DNA of 64,000 nt from Bacteroidia bacterium (lineage in GTDB: Bacteria; Bacteroidota; Bacteroidia; M30B66). The position numbers were made by a program, and so were the translations under genes. The stretch lies in the NCBI GenBank assembly GCA_965279035.1, contig OZ257142.1, positions 3,072,001 to 3,136,000 on the forward strand. Reading direction: 5' to 3'. Under the pieces are notes generated by a model. The model searched no databases. It saw only the letters and a list, made by a program, of their open reading frames with translations, and was not told the origin of the DNA. This document shows, piece by piece, positions 49,799-59,511 of this stretch. The stretch's first letter is position 1. Every line of letters begins with the position of its first letter.

Positions 49799-50819
49799 AC
49801 CCGTTGTGCGGTTGAATATGTAGATAATTAATTTAAAATAAGGTTGTGCATTAAGCTGATATACAGTATATTAGAAGAGTTCTCACACAAATCTAATATG
49901 CACAACCTCATAGCGAATATAACCAAGTTTCGTCAATTGCTAATCGAAGTATATGGCGCTGATAATCTGACAAATGGAAATTTTCGTCGATACTCGAACC
50001 AGCCTAAAGCTTCAGATATTGAGATAGTTGCATTGGCTTTTACAGCAGAAGCAATGCAAATAGATTCTGAAAACATGCTATTCTCAATTCTAAGAAATTC
50101 ATATCCACAGTATTGCAAAACACTTCCAGACAGAACTAATTTCAATCGACGCAGAAGATTCTTGCAGCCTTTTATTGATCAGCTCTCTGAAAAACTAAGT
50201 AATGAACTTTCTGAAGGAGAAGAAACTTTTATCATAGATTCAATGCCTCTTCCAATTTGTCGTTTTGTTCGTTGTAGTAATCTTAAAATTATGAAAGATG
50301 ATCTTGATTTTTTGCCTGCAAAAGGATTTTCTGCAATTGATAAAACGCATTATTTTGGTTATAAACTCAATATGGTTGTTAGCTCAAATTCAGTAATCAA
50401 TAATTTCGCTATAACGCAAGCAAATGTGCATGATGTAAAGACTTTAGATGATATGACAAAAGGGTTTTTAGAGAATGTAAATTTGCTTGGGGACAAAGGT
50501 TATATTGGGAAAAACATCCAATTAAGTTTATTCAAAGAATACTCAGTAAAATTGATTACACCATTGCGTGGAAATCAAGTTGGACCAACTCAATGGAATC
50601 CACTATATCGCAAAACAAGAAAAAGAATCGAAACAACCTTTTCTCAATTCTGTGATCAGTTCTCAATTAAAAAGAATTTTGCTAAAAGCTTTTATGGATT
50701 CTTTGCACGAATCACTAGTAAAATAGGGGCATTCACTTGTCTACAATACTTGAATATGATCAATCAAAGACCTCTAAACCAGGTCAAACATACTTTGGCT
50801 TTTTAACCGCACAACGGGT
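49799..50819 (+). mobile_element. IS982-family insertion sequence, 1021 bp
   Basis: Terminal IR ACCCGTTGTGCGGTT / AACCGCACAACGGGT; 7-bp target duplication TCTTTAA at 49792-49798 and 50820-50826. Confidence 0.93.
49898..50806 (+). CDS. IS982 transposase
   Basis: FNRRRR, IIDSMPLPIC, YFGYKL, NVHD, GDKGY and RKRIETTFSQ. Confidence 0.93.
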   Translation: MHNLIANITKFRQLLIEVYGADNLTNGNFRRYSNQPKASDIEIVALAFTAEAMQIDSENMLFSILRNSYPQYCKTLPDRTNFNRRRRFLQPFIDQLSEKLSNELSEGEETFIIDSMPLPICRFVRCSNLKIMKDDLDFLPAKGFSAIDKTHYFGYKLNMVVSSNSVINNFAITQANVHDVKTLDDMTKGFLENVNLLGDKGYIGKNIQLSLFKEYSVKLITPLRGNQVGPTQWNPLYRKTRKRIETTFSQFCDQFSIKKNFAKSFYGFFARITSKIGAFTCLQYLNMINQRPLNQVKHTLAF

Positions 50820-51601
50820 TCTTTAAGATTATATTTAAAGAAAAATGCATTCTGATTTTGATATTTAAAAATTTTACGAGTTTCTCCAAATTCTAATTTT
50901 CTTCCACAAATTGAAGTATCTACAGTCATTTCAAAAGATTGACTTTGATAATTTGAAATCTCACTAACATGGAAACTATTATCAATTTTAATTGTATCAT
51001 TTTTAGAATAAAGCGTGATAATGTTTCTCACATTAATTGGACTAGAATCTTTGATAAATAATATTTTTTTAATATTCCTCGTCCCTGGTACTTTAGGCAA
51101 ATCACAATGAATATATCTTTCATTTACAATGTTGAAATTAGAAAGTACAATCGCTGAATGATCAGGAATTGTAATTTTTTCTTTGTCTTTAATTTCATTT
51201 GAATATTCTTCTTTAATAACACTACTTGATGTTGAACTATTCCAATTATAGCGAGAATAAGGATTATAGCTTGAACTTGTATAAGTTCTTGATGAAGAAA
51301 ATGTACTTCTTATTGCTTTATTCTCGAAATATTCAGATGAAATATTATTGAGTATATAAAATGATTTTTGCAAATCAATAACCATTTCATTATCGGTTTT
51401 ATTCATGATCTCAATCGCTAAATTTCCACCTTCTGACCATAATTTATAAGTCACTTTCAACTTGCTATCTTCATAAATTAGATTGTTTTCATCTTTGAAA
51501 TTTTTATCTCCCTTTACTTCATATAACTGATAGTAATCTAATGATGTACATGAAGTTAATAATGCAATAGCTGGTAGTAATAATGTTAAAATTGTTTTCA
51601 T
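50774..51601 (-). CDS. AT-rich lipoprotein whose C-terminus is extended by the IS982 end
   Basis: MKTILTLLLPAIALLTSC lipobox; the last 14 aa are encoded inside the IS. Confidence 0.78.
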   Translation of the reverse strand: MKTILTLLLPAIALLTSCTSLDYYQLYEVKGDKNFKDENNLIYEDSKLKVTYKLWSEGGNLAIEIMNKTDNEMVIDLQKSFYILNNISSEYFENKAIRSTFSSSRTYTSSSYNPYSRYNWNSSTSSSVIKEEYSNEIKDKEKITIPDHSAIVLSNFNIVNERYIHCDLPKVPGTRNIKKILFIKDSSPINVRNIITLYSKNDTIKIDNSFHVSEISNYQSQSFEMTVDTSICGRKLEFGETRKIFKYQNQNAFFFKYNLKEPVVRLKSQSMFDLV

Positions 51602-51677
51602 GAGATTAGTTTTTTTCAAATTTAATAGAATCAAGCTCTAAATCCACTAATATATGATTAGCTGAACTTTTGGCTTA

Positions 51678-51786
51678 GCCCCGAAGGGGTTTACGGTAGA
51701 GCGGATTACCCCGGCTCCGACGAAGGAGGAACGGAGTATGAGCGATGACGCGGCACAGGCCTTTTGGGGACTGGGCAAGCCCCAAA
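51678..51786. other. GC-rich structured intergenic element (candidate ncRNA or miniature repeat)
   Basis: CCCC-GAA-GGGG, GGTA...TACC, CTCC-GACGAA-GGAG and TTTGGGG...CCCCAAA hairpins in an AT-rich context. Confidence 0.5.
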
Positions 51787-51909
51787 TTGAGTAGAAATAG
51801 GTAGATTGTTAAAATACTGTGTAAAAAACGCTGCAATTCGTATGTGTTTTTGGGTTGATTGCCTATTCATTCCTGTACTTTTGCGCTTCTATTCATCAAA
51901 ACGAAGCGC

Positions 51910-52782
51910 ATGATAGCCCCTAAAGGCATTTTAATTTCGATCGGCGGGAATGTCGATAAAGGAACAGCCGACGAGTCGGATTACGAAAAAAGCAGCAAGC
52001 TCAACTTCTTTGAAGCCGGGATTCTCAAGCGTATTTTGTCGGAAATGAAAGGTGTGGATTCGCACGTGGAAGTGATTACGACTGCATCGGAAATTCCAGA
52101 AGAAGTTGGACAAAATTACGTGGATGCTTTTAACCGATTGGGTTGTCAGAACGTGGGCGTGATTCACGTGAAGAACCGCGAAGATGCTGCGAAACCTGAG
52201 TATTTAGATCGCATTAGCAAAGCCGATGGGGTGATGATGACAGGTGGAAATCAGATGCGCCTTACGATGATCTATGGCGGAACGCATTTCTTAGAAATTC
52301 TGCACGAACGCTATATGAATGAAGCGTTTGTAATTGCTGGTACGAGCGCGGGTGCGATGGCTATGTCGAACACGATGATATATGAAGGTGCGAGCCACGA
52401 AGCGTTGTTGAAAGGGAAAGTGAAAATCACAACAGGATTGGCGTTTATTCAAAATGTGATTATCGATTCACACTTTGTGAAACGGGGGCGATTTGGACGT
52501 TTGGCTCAAGCTGTATGTAGTAATCCAGCCTGCATTGGGATTGGTTTAGGTGAAGACACGGGAGTGTTGATACGCAACGGAAACGAAATGGAAACCATTG
52601 GTTCGGGCTTGGTGCTCATCTTTGATGGACATGAGATTAAATACTCGAACATTGCTGATATTGAAGATGGTATGCCCGTTTCGATTGAACATTTGGTAGT
52701 ACACGTTTTAGCTAAAGGAAATCAATACTTTTTGAAGGAACGTAAATTCCAACACGTTCGCTCTGAATTACAGACGCGTTAA
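51910..52782 (+). CDS. cphB: Cyanophycinase
   Basis: IGG..DK, TGGNQ, GTSAGA (Ser), IDSHF..RGRFGRL (His) and GLGED (Glu); TACTTTTG promoter at 51876-51883. Confidence 0.93.
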   Translation: MIAPKGILISIGGNVDKGTADESDYEKSSKLNFFEAGILKRILSEMKGVDSHVEVITTASEIPEEVGQNYVDAFNRLGCQNVGVIHVKNREDAAKPEYLDRISKADGVMMTGGNQMRLTMIYGGTHFLEILHERYMNEAFVIAGTSAGAMAMSNTMIYEGASHEALLKGKVKITTGLAFIQNVIIDSHFVKRGRFGRLAQAVCSNPACIGIGLGEDTGVLIRNGNEMETIGSGLVLIFDGHEIKYSNIADIEDGMPVSIEHLVVHVLAKGNQYFLKERKFQHVRSELQTR

Positions 52783-52808
52783 GCCTTTTAAATAAGATTA
52801 AAATCAAT

Positions 52809-52847
52809 GCCTGCTTACTGATTCTAAATTCGGTGAGCAGGCTTTTT
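52809..52847 (+). terminator. Intrinsic terminator after cphB
   Basis: GCCTGCTTACTGA...TCGGTGAGCAGGC-TTTTT. Confidence 0.75.
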
Positions 52848-52875
52848 AGTAAATTGCCGAGATTATTGAAATACC

Positions 52876-55821
52876 ATGTTGAAACGAATTTGTCTTTTAG
52901 CCTTGATTAGTGTTTTATGCATCACACAAGCTCAAGCACAGCGAGGAAAAAATGGAAGTAAAACCTTAAGTTCAGGTAGTCCCGGGCCGAATTACATTGT
53001 TAATGAATACACTGCTTTAAGTGCCGATGCAGTAACAGGTAGCACAACGATTTCGGTTAGCAATGCGGGTTTAAATGCCAATGGTCGGTTTACTGGAAAT
53101 CTCGAAGCAGGCGATCTGCTTTTGATTATTCAAATTCAAGGTGCTTCGATTACCACTGCCGACGATAGCACTTATGGAACAATATCGAATTACAATGGCG
53201 CTGGAAATTATGAGTGGAAAGAGGTTCAGTCGGTTGATTTGAATGCTAACACCATCAGCTTTGCCTGCGGATTGGAAAAAAGCTATATCGTTTCTGGACA
53301 CACCCAAATTATCCGTGTTCCACGTTATACCACACTCAGCATTCAAAGCAATGCTAAACTTACTTGTCCAAATTGGAATGGAAGTACAGGCGGAATAGTT
53401 GTTATTGAAACGAACGGCGATTTAACTATACAGAATAATGGAAGTGTGGATGTGAGTGCGCTCGGATTTAGAGGTGGTGCAAATGGACCTTCGGACAATT
53501 TATTTGGAGGAGTTAATTTCTTATCGACCAACGATTTGGTTGGAGCTGAGAAAGGCGAAGGCATTGCCGGATCGGTTACAGATTACGATTTATTGGGAGG
53601 AAGATATTGTCGCGGTGCTGCTGCCAATGGCGGTGGTGGAGGAAATTCACATAATAGCGGCGGTGGCGGCGGCGCGAATGGTGGAAATCCAACTGCATGG
53701 AATGGGAAAGGAAATCCTTCGCTAACAACAGCTAACTGGTCGCAAGCTTGGAATTTAGAATATGCTGGATTTGCAACTTCTAGTTCGAGTGGTGGTGGAA
53801 AAGGTGGATACAGTTTTTCGAGCAACAACCTCAACGCCTTAAACATTGGTACTTTTTTATCGAGTTGGGGTGGTGATTGGAGAAGAAATAATGGTGGTTT
53901 AGGTGGTCGTCCACTTGATCATACAAACGGAGGAATTTTTATGGGTGGCGCGGGTGGCGCGGGTGAAGCCAATAATGGGTATGGTGGTCCGGGAGGAAAT
54001 GGTGCTGGAATTATTTTCGTTCGTTGTTATGGAAATGTAACAGGGACGGGGAAATTCATGGCAAACGGTGCTAATGGAACAAGTGCTAGCGGAGGAACTT
54101 TTGCCAGTGGTACTGATGGTGCAAGTGGCGGAGGTGCTGGAGGTTCGATTGTTTTGCAAGCTGCTGGGAGCATAACGAATGTGGCGATTGAAGCAAAAGG
54201 TGGAAATGGTGGTAGTCAGGATGTATTAGCATTTGTGAACGAAACTGAAGGACCAGGCGGTGGCGGCGGCGGTGGATATGTATTAGTTAGCAATACAGTT
54301 GCATCAACAACCATTACAGGCGGATTGAATGGTACAACAGATTCTAACGCCTTAAGTGAGTTCACTCCGAATGGGGCTACAAAAGGTGGAGATGGAGAAG
54401 TTTTACTAATCAACCCAATTTTGAATTTACAAGCTACAAGTGATACGTTGTGTGGACCAGGAATAGCAACATTGCAAGCAAGTAATACGGGAGGAAGTGC
54501 TTTATCATGGTCAGACGTATTTTTAGGGACAAGCTTAGAAACGGATTCATTGTTCAATCCAACAGTTTCTGCTCCAACAACCTATTATGTGAGTTCATGT
54601 GCATTGGCTCAAACTATCGCTGTTTCGGTTGATTTTTCTCCAACACCATTGGTAAATGCAGGTTCTGATTTGTTTTTGTGTGCCGGCCAAACAGGACAAC
54701 TCAATGGATCAGGTTCGGGAACACTCAGTTGGAATCCCGATCCAGAAATTAGTGATCCGAGTTTAGCTAATCCTAACGTAACGCCTGTTGATTCGAGCGA
54801 ATATGTATTAAATGTTATCGATGCTAATGGCTGTACTGCAAGCGATACCGTGCTGGTGCAAGTTGGAGATTATCTCAATTTGCAAGTGATGGCCGATACG
54901 AGTATTTGTTTAGGGAATTCGGTTACACTGAATGTTTCGGGAGCTGATAGTTATTCTTGGACAACAAATACTAGCTTGGATGTGAGCAATCCGACTGCTC
55001 CAATTGCAAATCCCGATACCACATCGATGTATTATGTGAATGCGAGTACAGCAGGTGGCTGCACAGCTCAAGATTCGGTGGAGGTGATAGTTTGGGAACC
55101 GCAAGTCTTGACAGTTTCGGGCGGAGGAATGTTTTGCGATGGTAACGGAGTAGAATTAGATGCATCGGGAGCCGGAAATATAAGTTGGGAGCCGATATCT
55201 GGTTTATTGGATCCGCTGAATGCTACAACTTTTGCATCACCAACTGATTCAACTTGGTACAAAGCAAGTGGAATGGATATCCATGGATGTTCAGTTGAAT
55301 CGAGCGATTCGGTGTTAGTTGTTCCCGGAATTGCTCCAGTGGCTGGATTTACATTCTTGCAAATTGACAATTTCAATGTAGCGTTTACTAATACGTCTAC
55401 ACATGCCAATCATAGCATTTGGACACTAGATGGTCACGAGTATACAACAACGAATTGCACATATAATTTCCCTTTCGACAATACGTATTCAATAGAATTG
55501 ATTGTAAAAAACGACTGTGGAAGTGATACGATTCAAACAACAATTGATGTAATTAAAATTGTTGGTATTGAGGACATTAACGCGAATCAACTAAAGCTCT
55601 ACCCGAACCCTGCTTCTGAGGAAATTCATGTGAAAAATCCATTTCAACAAGGAAAAGCGGTTGTGGTTCAATTGGTTGATCAACAGGGAAAATTGCTTGT
55701 TCAAGAAATGCAAAGCAGTTCAATATTCACAATGAATTTGAAAGCCTACGCAACAGGATTGTATTCAATTCGGGTTTTTCAAGGCAAGGAAATGTATTCG
55801 GCACGCATCCTTCATCTATAA
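52876..55821 (+). CDS. T9SS-secreted glycine-rich adhesin-like protein with Ig/PKD repeats
   Basis: Signal peptide, Gly-rich region, SprB-like repeats (YSW...NP...Y.V...GC), PKD domain and LYPNPA sorting domain. Confidence 0.85.
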   Translation: MLKRICLLALISVLCITQAQAQRGKNGSKTLSSGSPGPNYIVNEYTALSADAVTGSTTISVSNAGLNANGRFTGNLEAGDLLLIIQIQGASITTADDSTYGTISNYNGAGNYEWKEVQSVDLNANTISFACGLEKSYIVSGHTQIIRVPRYTTLSIQSNAKLTCPNWNGSTGGIVVIETNGDLTIQNNGSVDVSALGFRGGANGPSDNLFGGVNFLSTNDLVGAEKGEGIAGSVTDYDLLGGRYCRGAAANGGGGGNSHNSGGGGGANGGNPTAWNGKGNPSLTTANWSQAWNLEYAGFATSSSSGGGKGGYSFSSNNLNALNIGTFLSSWGGDWRRNNGGLGGRPLDHTNGGIFMGGAGGAGEANNGYGGPGGNGAGIIFVRCYGNVTGTGKFMANGANGTSASGGTFASGTDGASGGGAGGSIVLQAAGSITNVAIEAKGGNGGSQDVLAFVNETEGPGGGGGGGYVLVSNTVASTTITGGLNGTTDSNALSEFTPNGATKGGDGEVLLINPILNLQATSDTLCGPGIATLQASNTGGSALSWSDVFLGTSLETDSLFNPTVSAPTTYYVSSCALAQTIAVSVDFSPTPLVNAGSDLFLCAGQTGQLNGSGSGTLSWNPDPEISDPSLANPNVTPVDSSEYVLNVIDANGCTASDTVLVQVGDYLNLQVMADTSICLGNSVTLNVSGADSYSWTTNTSLDVSNPTAPIANPDTTSMYYVNASTAGGCTAQDSVEVIVWEPQVLTVSGGGMFCDGNGVELDASGAGNISWEPISGLLDPLNATTFASPTDSTWYKASGMDIHGCSVESSDSVLVVPGIAPVAGFTFLQIDNFNVAFTNTSTHANHSIWTLDGHEYTTTNCTYNFPFDNTYSIELIVKNDCGSDTIQTTIDVIKIVGIEDINANQLKLYPNPASEEIHVKNPFQQGKAVVVQLVDQQGKLLVQEMQSSSIFTMNLKAYATGLYSIRVFQGKEMYSARILHL

Positions 55822-55822
55822 A

Positions 55823-56197
55823 ATGAATGCCGTTGAATACTATATAGAAGATCTACCCAAATCGGCTCGTACTCTCTTTAAAGTAACACGTTCGTTGATT
55901 TTAGATTCAGGTCCAGCCATTACCGAAAAGATTTCCTACAAGATTCCATTTTTCTATTATTTCGGTCCATTGGTGTATCTCAATCAGTATAAAGGAGGTG
56001 TTGATATTGGCTTTTTCAGAGGACATGCTCTTTCGAATGAGCAACAATTGCTCGAAATACGTGAACGGAAAATTGTTGCTAGCATTCCAATTCTGAGCCT
56101 TGAAGTATTCAATCAGCATGAAAATCAAGTCCGTGAGATTCTTCAGGAAGCCTTGTTACTGAACGAAATGTTGTATAAGAATAAAAAGCTTCGTTAA
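55823..56197 (+). CDS. DUF1801 (YdhG-like) protein
   Basis: EKISYKIPFF...IGF..G..L. Confidence 0.75.
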   Translation: MNAVEYYIEDLPKSARTLFKVTRSLILDSGPAITEKISYKIPFFYYFGPLVYLNQYKGGVDIGFFRGHALSNEQQLLEIRERKIVASIPILSLEVFNQHENQVREILQEALLLNEMLYKNKKLR

Positions 56198-56254
56198 TAA
56201 TTCTAAATGACAACAGTACAACTTGCAAGTGAAATCGATTTCGGGTAAGTTTGG

Positions 56255-58033
56255 ATGCGCATGAACCATCACTTCAAGTTCTATATTAAACAGATTTTCT
56301 TTGGGTTGATCCTGCTCTATATCGGGTGTACAGAGAAGCGTGATTTATCGCAAAACACAGTGGTGGTGCACTTCTTAGCAGAACCTGGCGGATTGCATCC
56401 TACTAACGACAACAATGCATATCAGCGTTTTGTATTTCAATGCACTCAGAAGCGTTTGATGTTTATCGATTTGAAAGAGCAAAAACTGCGTCCAGATGTA
56501 TTGGCTGATTTTCCGCAAATTCAATCAGACAGTCTTTCCTATCTCTGTCGAATTCGTAAGGACATTCGCTGGGATGATGGAACAGCGCTGAGTTTAAACG
56601 ATATTCTATTCACATTTAAAGTGATTACTTGCCCTTTAGTGAATAATCCAGATGGGAAATCCTATTTCTATAATTTGTTATCGGTAGAATCGGTTAGCGA
56701 AAGCGATGATCAATTTATATTTCGATTAAACAAGCGGTATTACGACAACCTGAGTTTGTTGAGTTATGTCATTGTATTGCAGGAAAAATTCCATGATCCA
56801 AAAGGAATTCTAAGGAAATACAGTGTGACTGATTTTCAAAAAGATGGATTTATAGCTGCGTCTGATCCTACATTGAAAGAATTTGCAAGCACATTTAACG
56901 CAGCAGAAAATGGACGAGTTCCATCGAAGCTCAATGGATTAGGACCTTATAAATTAGTTGAATGGAATATTGGTTCATCCATCGTGCTCGAACGCAAGGC
57001 AAATTGGTGGGGGAAAAACAGTACTTCGCCTTATGAAAAAGCATTTCCTGAGAAAATCGTTTTTCAGATTATCAAAGACATGGAGCCTACAGTACTGGCT
57101 TTGAAAAAAGAGCAGATTGATGTAACAACCGAACTCTCCACTCCTGCCCTAGTGAAATTGCGTAAACGCGAGTATTTCAACGAAAAATACCATTCCGAAT
57201 TTTTGGGATCTTTCAGCTACACCTATTTAGGTATGAATATGCGACCCGATGGAGGAAGAATTCCTTATTTCACTGATCGACGTGTACGAAAAGCAATGGC
57301 CTATTGCGTTCCGGTGGATGAGATCATTCAAGTAATTGCCAAAGGCTATGCGACACGGATTCCTGGATTTATTTTACCAGCACAATCCGATTTCGATGCT
57401 ACTTTACCTCTGATTCCTCTCAACTTAAAGCGTTCGAAAGAATTACTCGATGAAGCTGGCTGGGTAGATACGGATGGCGATAATGTGCGCGACAAACTCA
57501 TCAATGGTGAACGTGTTCCTTTTTCCTTTGCTTTGAGTTACATGATTTCACCCGTTACCAAAGAAATTGCGCTCATGATTCGGAATGAAATGTATAAAGT
57601 TGGCATCGATGCTCGACTCGATCCGATGGATTTTTCACTCTTCTATCAGCAAGCATACAATCATAATTTTGATGCGATACTTGGTGCTTGGTCGAGTTCT
57701 GCTTTGCCCGAAGATCCGCGACAGATATGGCATTCGGAAAATTGGACGAAGAATGGAAGTAATTTCGTTGGATTTGGAAATGCTGTCACCGACAAACTCA
57801 TCGAAGAGGCCAATTTGGAAATGAATCCGATGAAACGGAAAGTCATTATGCAGACATTACAACGCGCTATCTGGGAAGAACAACCCTATGTTTTCCTATT
57901 CAATGCGACTAAAAAAGTATGCGTTCATAAACGATTTGCTCATGGTGATTTATTTCCCGAACGACCACATCTGCTTTTGAATTACCTTGAACTCCTTCCT
58001 CAAAGTACTATGTCAAGTCCCGATCAACCCTGA
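56255..58033 (+). CDS. Peptide ABC transporter substrate-binding protein (OppA/DppA-like)
   Basis: IRWDDG, GLGPYK, FTDRRVRKAM and LDEAGW.D.DGD. Confidence 0.9.
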   Translation: MRMNHHFKFYIKQIFFGLILLYIGCTEKRDLSQNTVVVHFLAEPGGLHPTNDNNAYQRFVFQCTQKRLMFIDLKEQKLRPDVLADFPQIQSDSLSYLCRIRKDIRWDDGTALSLNDILFTFKVITCPLVNNPDGKSYFYNLLSVESVSESDDQFIFRLNKRYYDNLSLLSYVIVLQEKFHDPKGILRKYSVTDFQKDGFIAASDPTLKEFASTFNAAENGRVPSKLNGLGPYKLVEWNIGSSIVLERKANWWGKNSTSPYEKAFPEKIVFQIIKDMEPTVLALKKEQIDVTTELSTPALVKLRKREYFNEKYHSEFLGSFSYTYLGMNMRPDGGRIPYFTDRRVRKAMAYCVPVDEIIQVIAKGYATRIPGFILPAQSDFDATLPLIPLNLKRSKELLDEAGWVDTDGDNVRDKLINGERVPFSFALSYMISPVTKEIALMIRNEMYKVGIDARLDPMDFSLFYQQAYNHNFDAILGAWSSSALPEDPRQIWHSENWTKNGSNFVGFGNAVTDKLIEEANLEMNPMKRKVIMQTLQRAIWEEQPYVFLFNATKKVCVHKRFAHGDLFPERPHLLLNYLELLPQSTMSSPDQP

Positions 58034-59511
58034 TGTTGCGCTATATTCTAAAACGTTTGCTCACATTCCTACCTATGATGGTAGTGATATCGCTATTGGC
58101 GTTTGTGATCAGCGTTTCTTCACCGGGCGATCCTGTTGAGCGTTTATTAGCTGGTGATCAAACTTCTTCGGGTGAAGCTCAAGTTGTGAACATGGATCGA
58201 AATGCCGAAAAAGCAAAACTCCGCCATCGCTTAGGCATCGATTTACCCGTGTTTTATTTTAGCTTTTCGGCACTGTCGGATATTGACACCATTTACAAAC
58301 TACAAGATCCCGTTCAACAAGAAACTGTACAACGCCTTGCGCGCCATAGCGGACAGCCTGAAATGTCAATCGCTTGGTATCACCAAATTTCGCATACCGA
58401 AGATTTACTGGAGCATTTAAAGGTCGACTCAGCCATGCTCAAAGACCCGCATTATGCAGAAAATCTTGCTCGAAGTCGTGCTTTATTGCATAGCGTTGGG
58501 AGAACTTCATCACCTGAAAGCTATGCAGTGCGTAAAGATTCTCTTAGCCTTCTTTTCTCCATCATTCCCGGATTAACTGAAGTGAGAAGTTCTTGGAAAA
58601 AATCAATGCAGATTCGTGAAGATATTTATCTCTATGAATCAACCTGGGAACAATGGATTCCTGTCATTCACTGGCATGGTTTAAATAATCAATATCACCG
58701 CTGGATGTTTGGTGATGGCGAAGAACGGAAAGGCATTTTACGAGGTGATTTTGGTTTATCGTTTCGCGATGGTCAACCCATTTCCGACCGAATTCTCCCT
58801 CGCTTGAAATGGTCATTTGCCTTATCATTCCTCTCCATTTTCCTTGCATACATCGTTAGCATTCCTGTTGGATTAATTGCCGGAAGTCGAAAAGATGGCT
58901 GGTTCGATAATCTTTCGGGCTTCTTTGTATTCGGCTTATATGCACTACCAGGATTTTTTGTCGCTACCGGCTTGCTCGTTTTATTTGCCAATCCCGATTT
59001 CCTCGATTGGTTTCCATCTTCCGGAGTGCGCGACATCAGTAAATTCGATCCTGAATGGCCTATTTATAAACGACTTTTCCATTATATCCCCTATTTGGTT
59101 TTACCGGTGATAAGCTATACGTATGCTTCGTTTGCATTCATCAGCCGTCAAGTACGTTCGGGTATTTTCAATCAACTGAAACAAGACTATATTCGAACAG
59201 CACGTGCGAAAGGAATTCCCGAACGTCGTGTGATTTTAGTTCATGCATTTCGAAATTCCCTGCTTCCCATCATCACTTTATTTGGACAAGCACTTCCGCT
59301 CATTTTTGGTGGATCTGTTATTATTGAAAGTATTTTTTCTATTCCTGGAATGGGCCAAGAGATTTACGAAAGTGTTCTCAATTATGATTACCCCATGATT
59401 GTTGCCATATTTACCATATTTGGTTTTTTAACCATGTTGGGATATTTGATTTCGGATATTTTGTATGCTTTTGCTGATCCACGAATACGGTTTTCAACTT
59501 CCCAAAAATGA
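58033..59511 (+). CDS. Peptide ABC permease (OppB-like)
   Basis: YILKRL, GDFGLS, DYIRTARAKG and IESIFSIPGMG. Confidence 0.92.
   Translation: MLRYILKRLLTFLPMMVVISLLAFVISVSSPGDPVERLLAGDQTSSGEAQVVNMDRNAEKAKLRHRLGIDLPVFYFSFSALSDIDTIYKLQDPVQQETVQRLARHSGQPEMSIAWYHQISHTEDLLEHLKVDSAMLKDPHYAENLARSRALLHSVGRTSSPESYAVRKDSLSLLFSIIPGLTEVRSSWKKSMQIREDIYLYESTWEQWIPVIHWHGLNNQYHRWMFGDGEERKGILRGDFGLSFRDGQPISDRILPRLKWSFALSFLSIFLAYIVSIPVGLIAGSRKDGWFDNLSGFFVFGLYALPGFFVATGLLVLFANPDFLDWFPSSGVRDISKFDPEWPIYKRLFHYIPYLVLPVISYTYASFAFISRQVRSGIFNQLKQDYIRTARAKGIPERRVILVHAFRNSLLPIITLFGQALPLIFGGSVIIESIFSIPGMGQEIYESVLNYDYPMIVAIFTIFGFLTMLGYLISDILYAFADPRIRFSTSQK

Noticed and set aside
53620-54280. GGT/GGC-rich repetitive DNA
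   Set aside because: It is explained by glycine-rich coding sequence.
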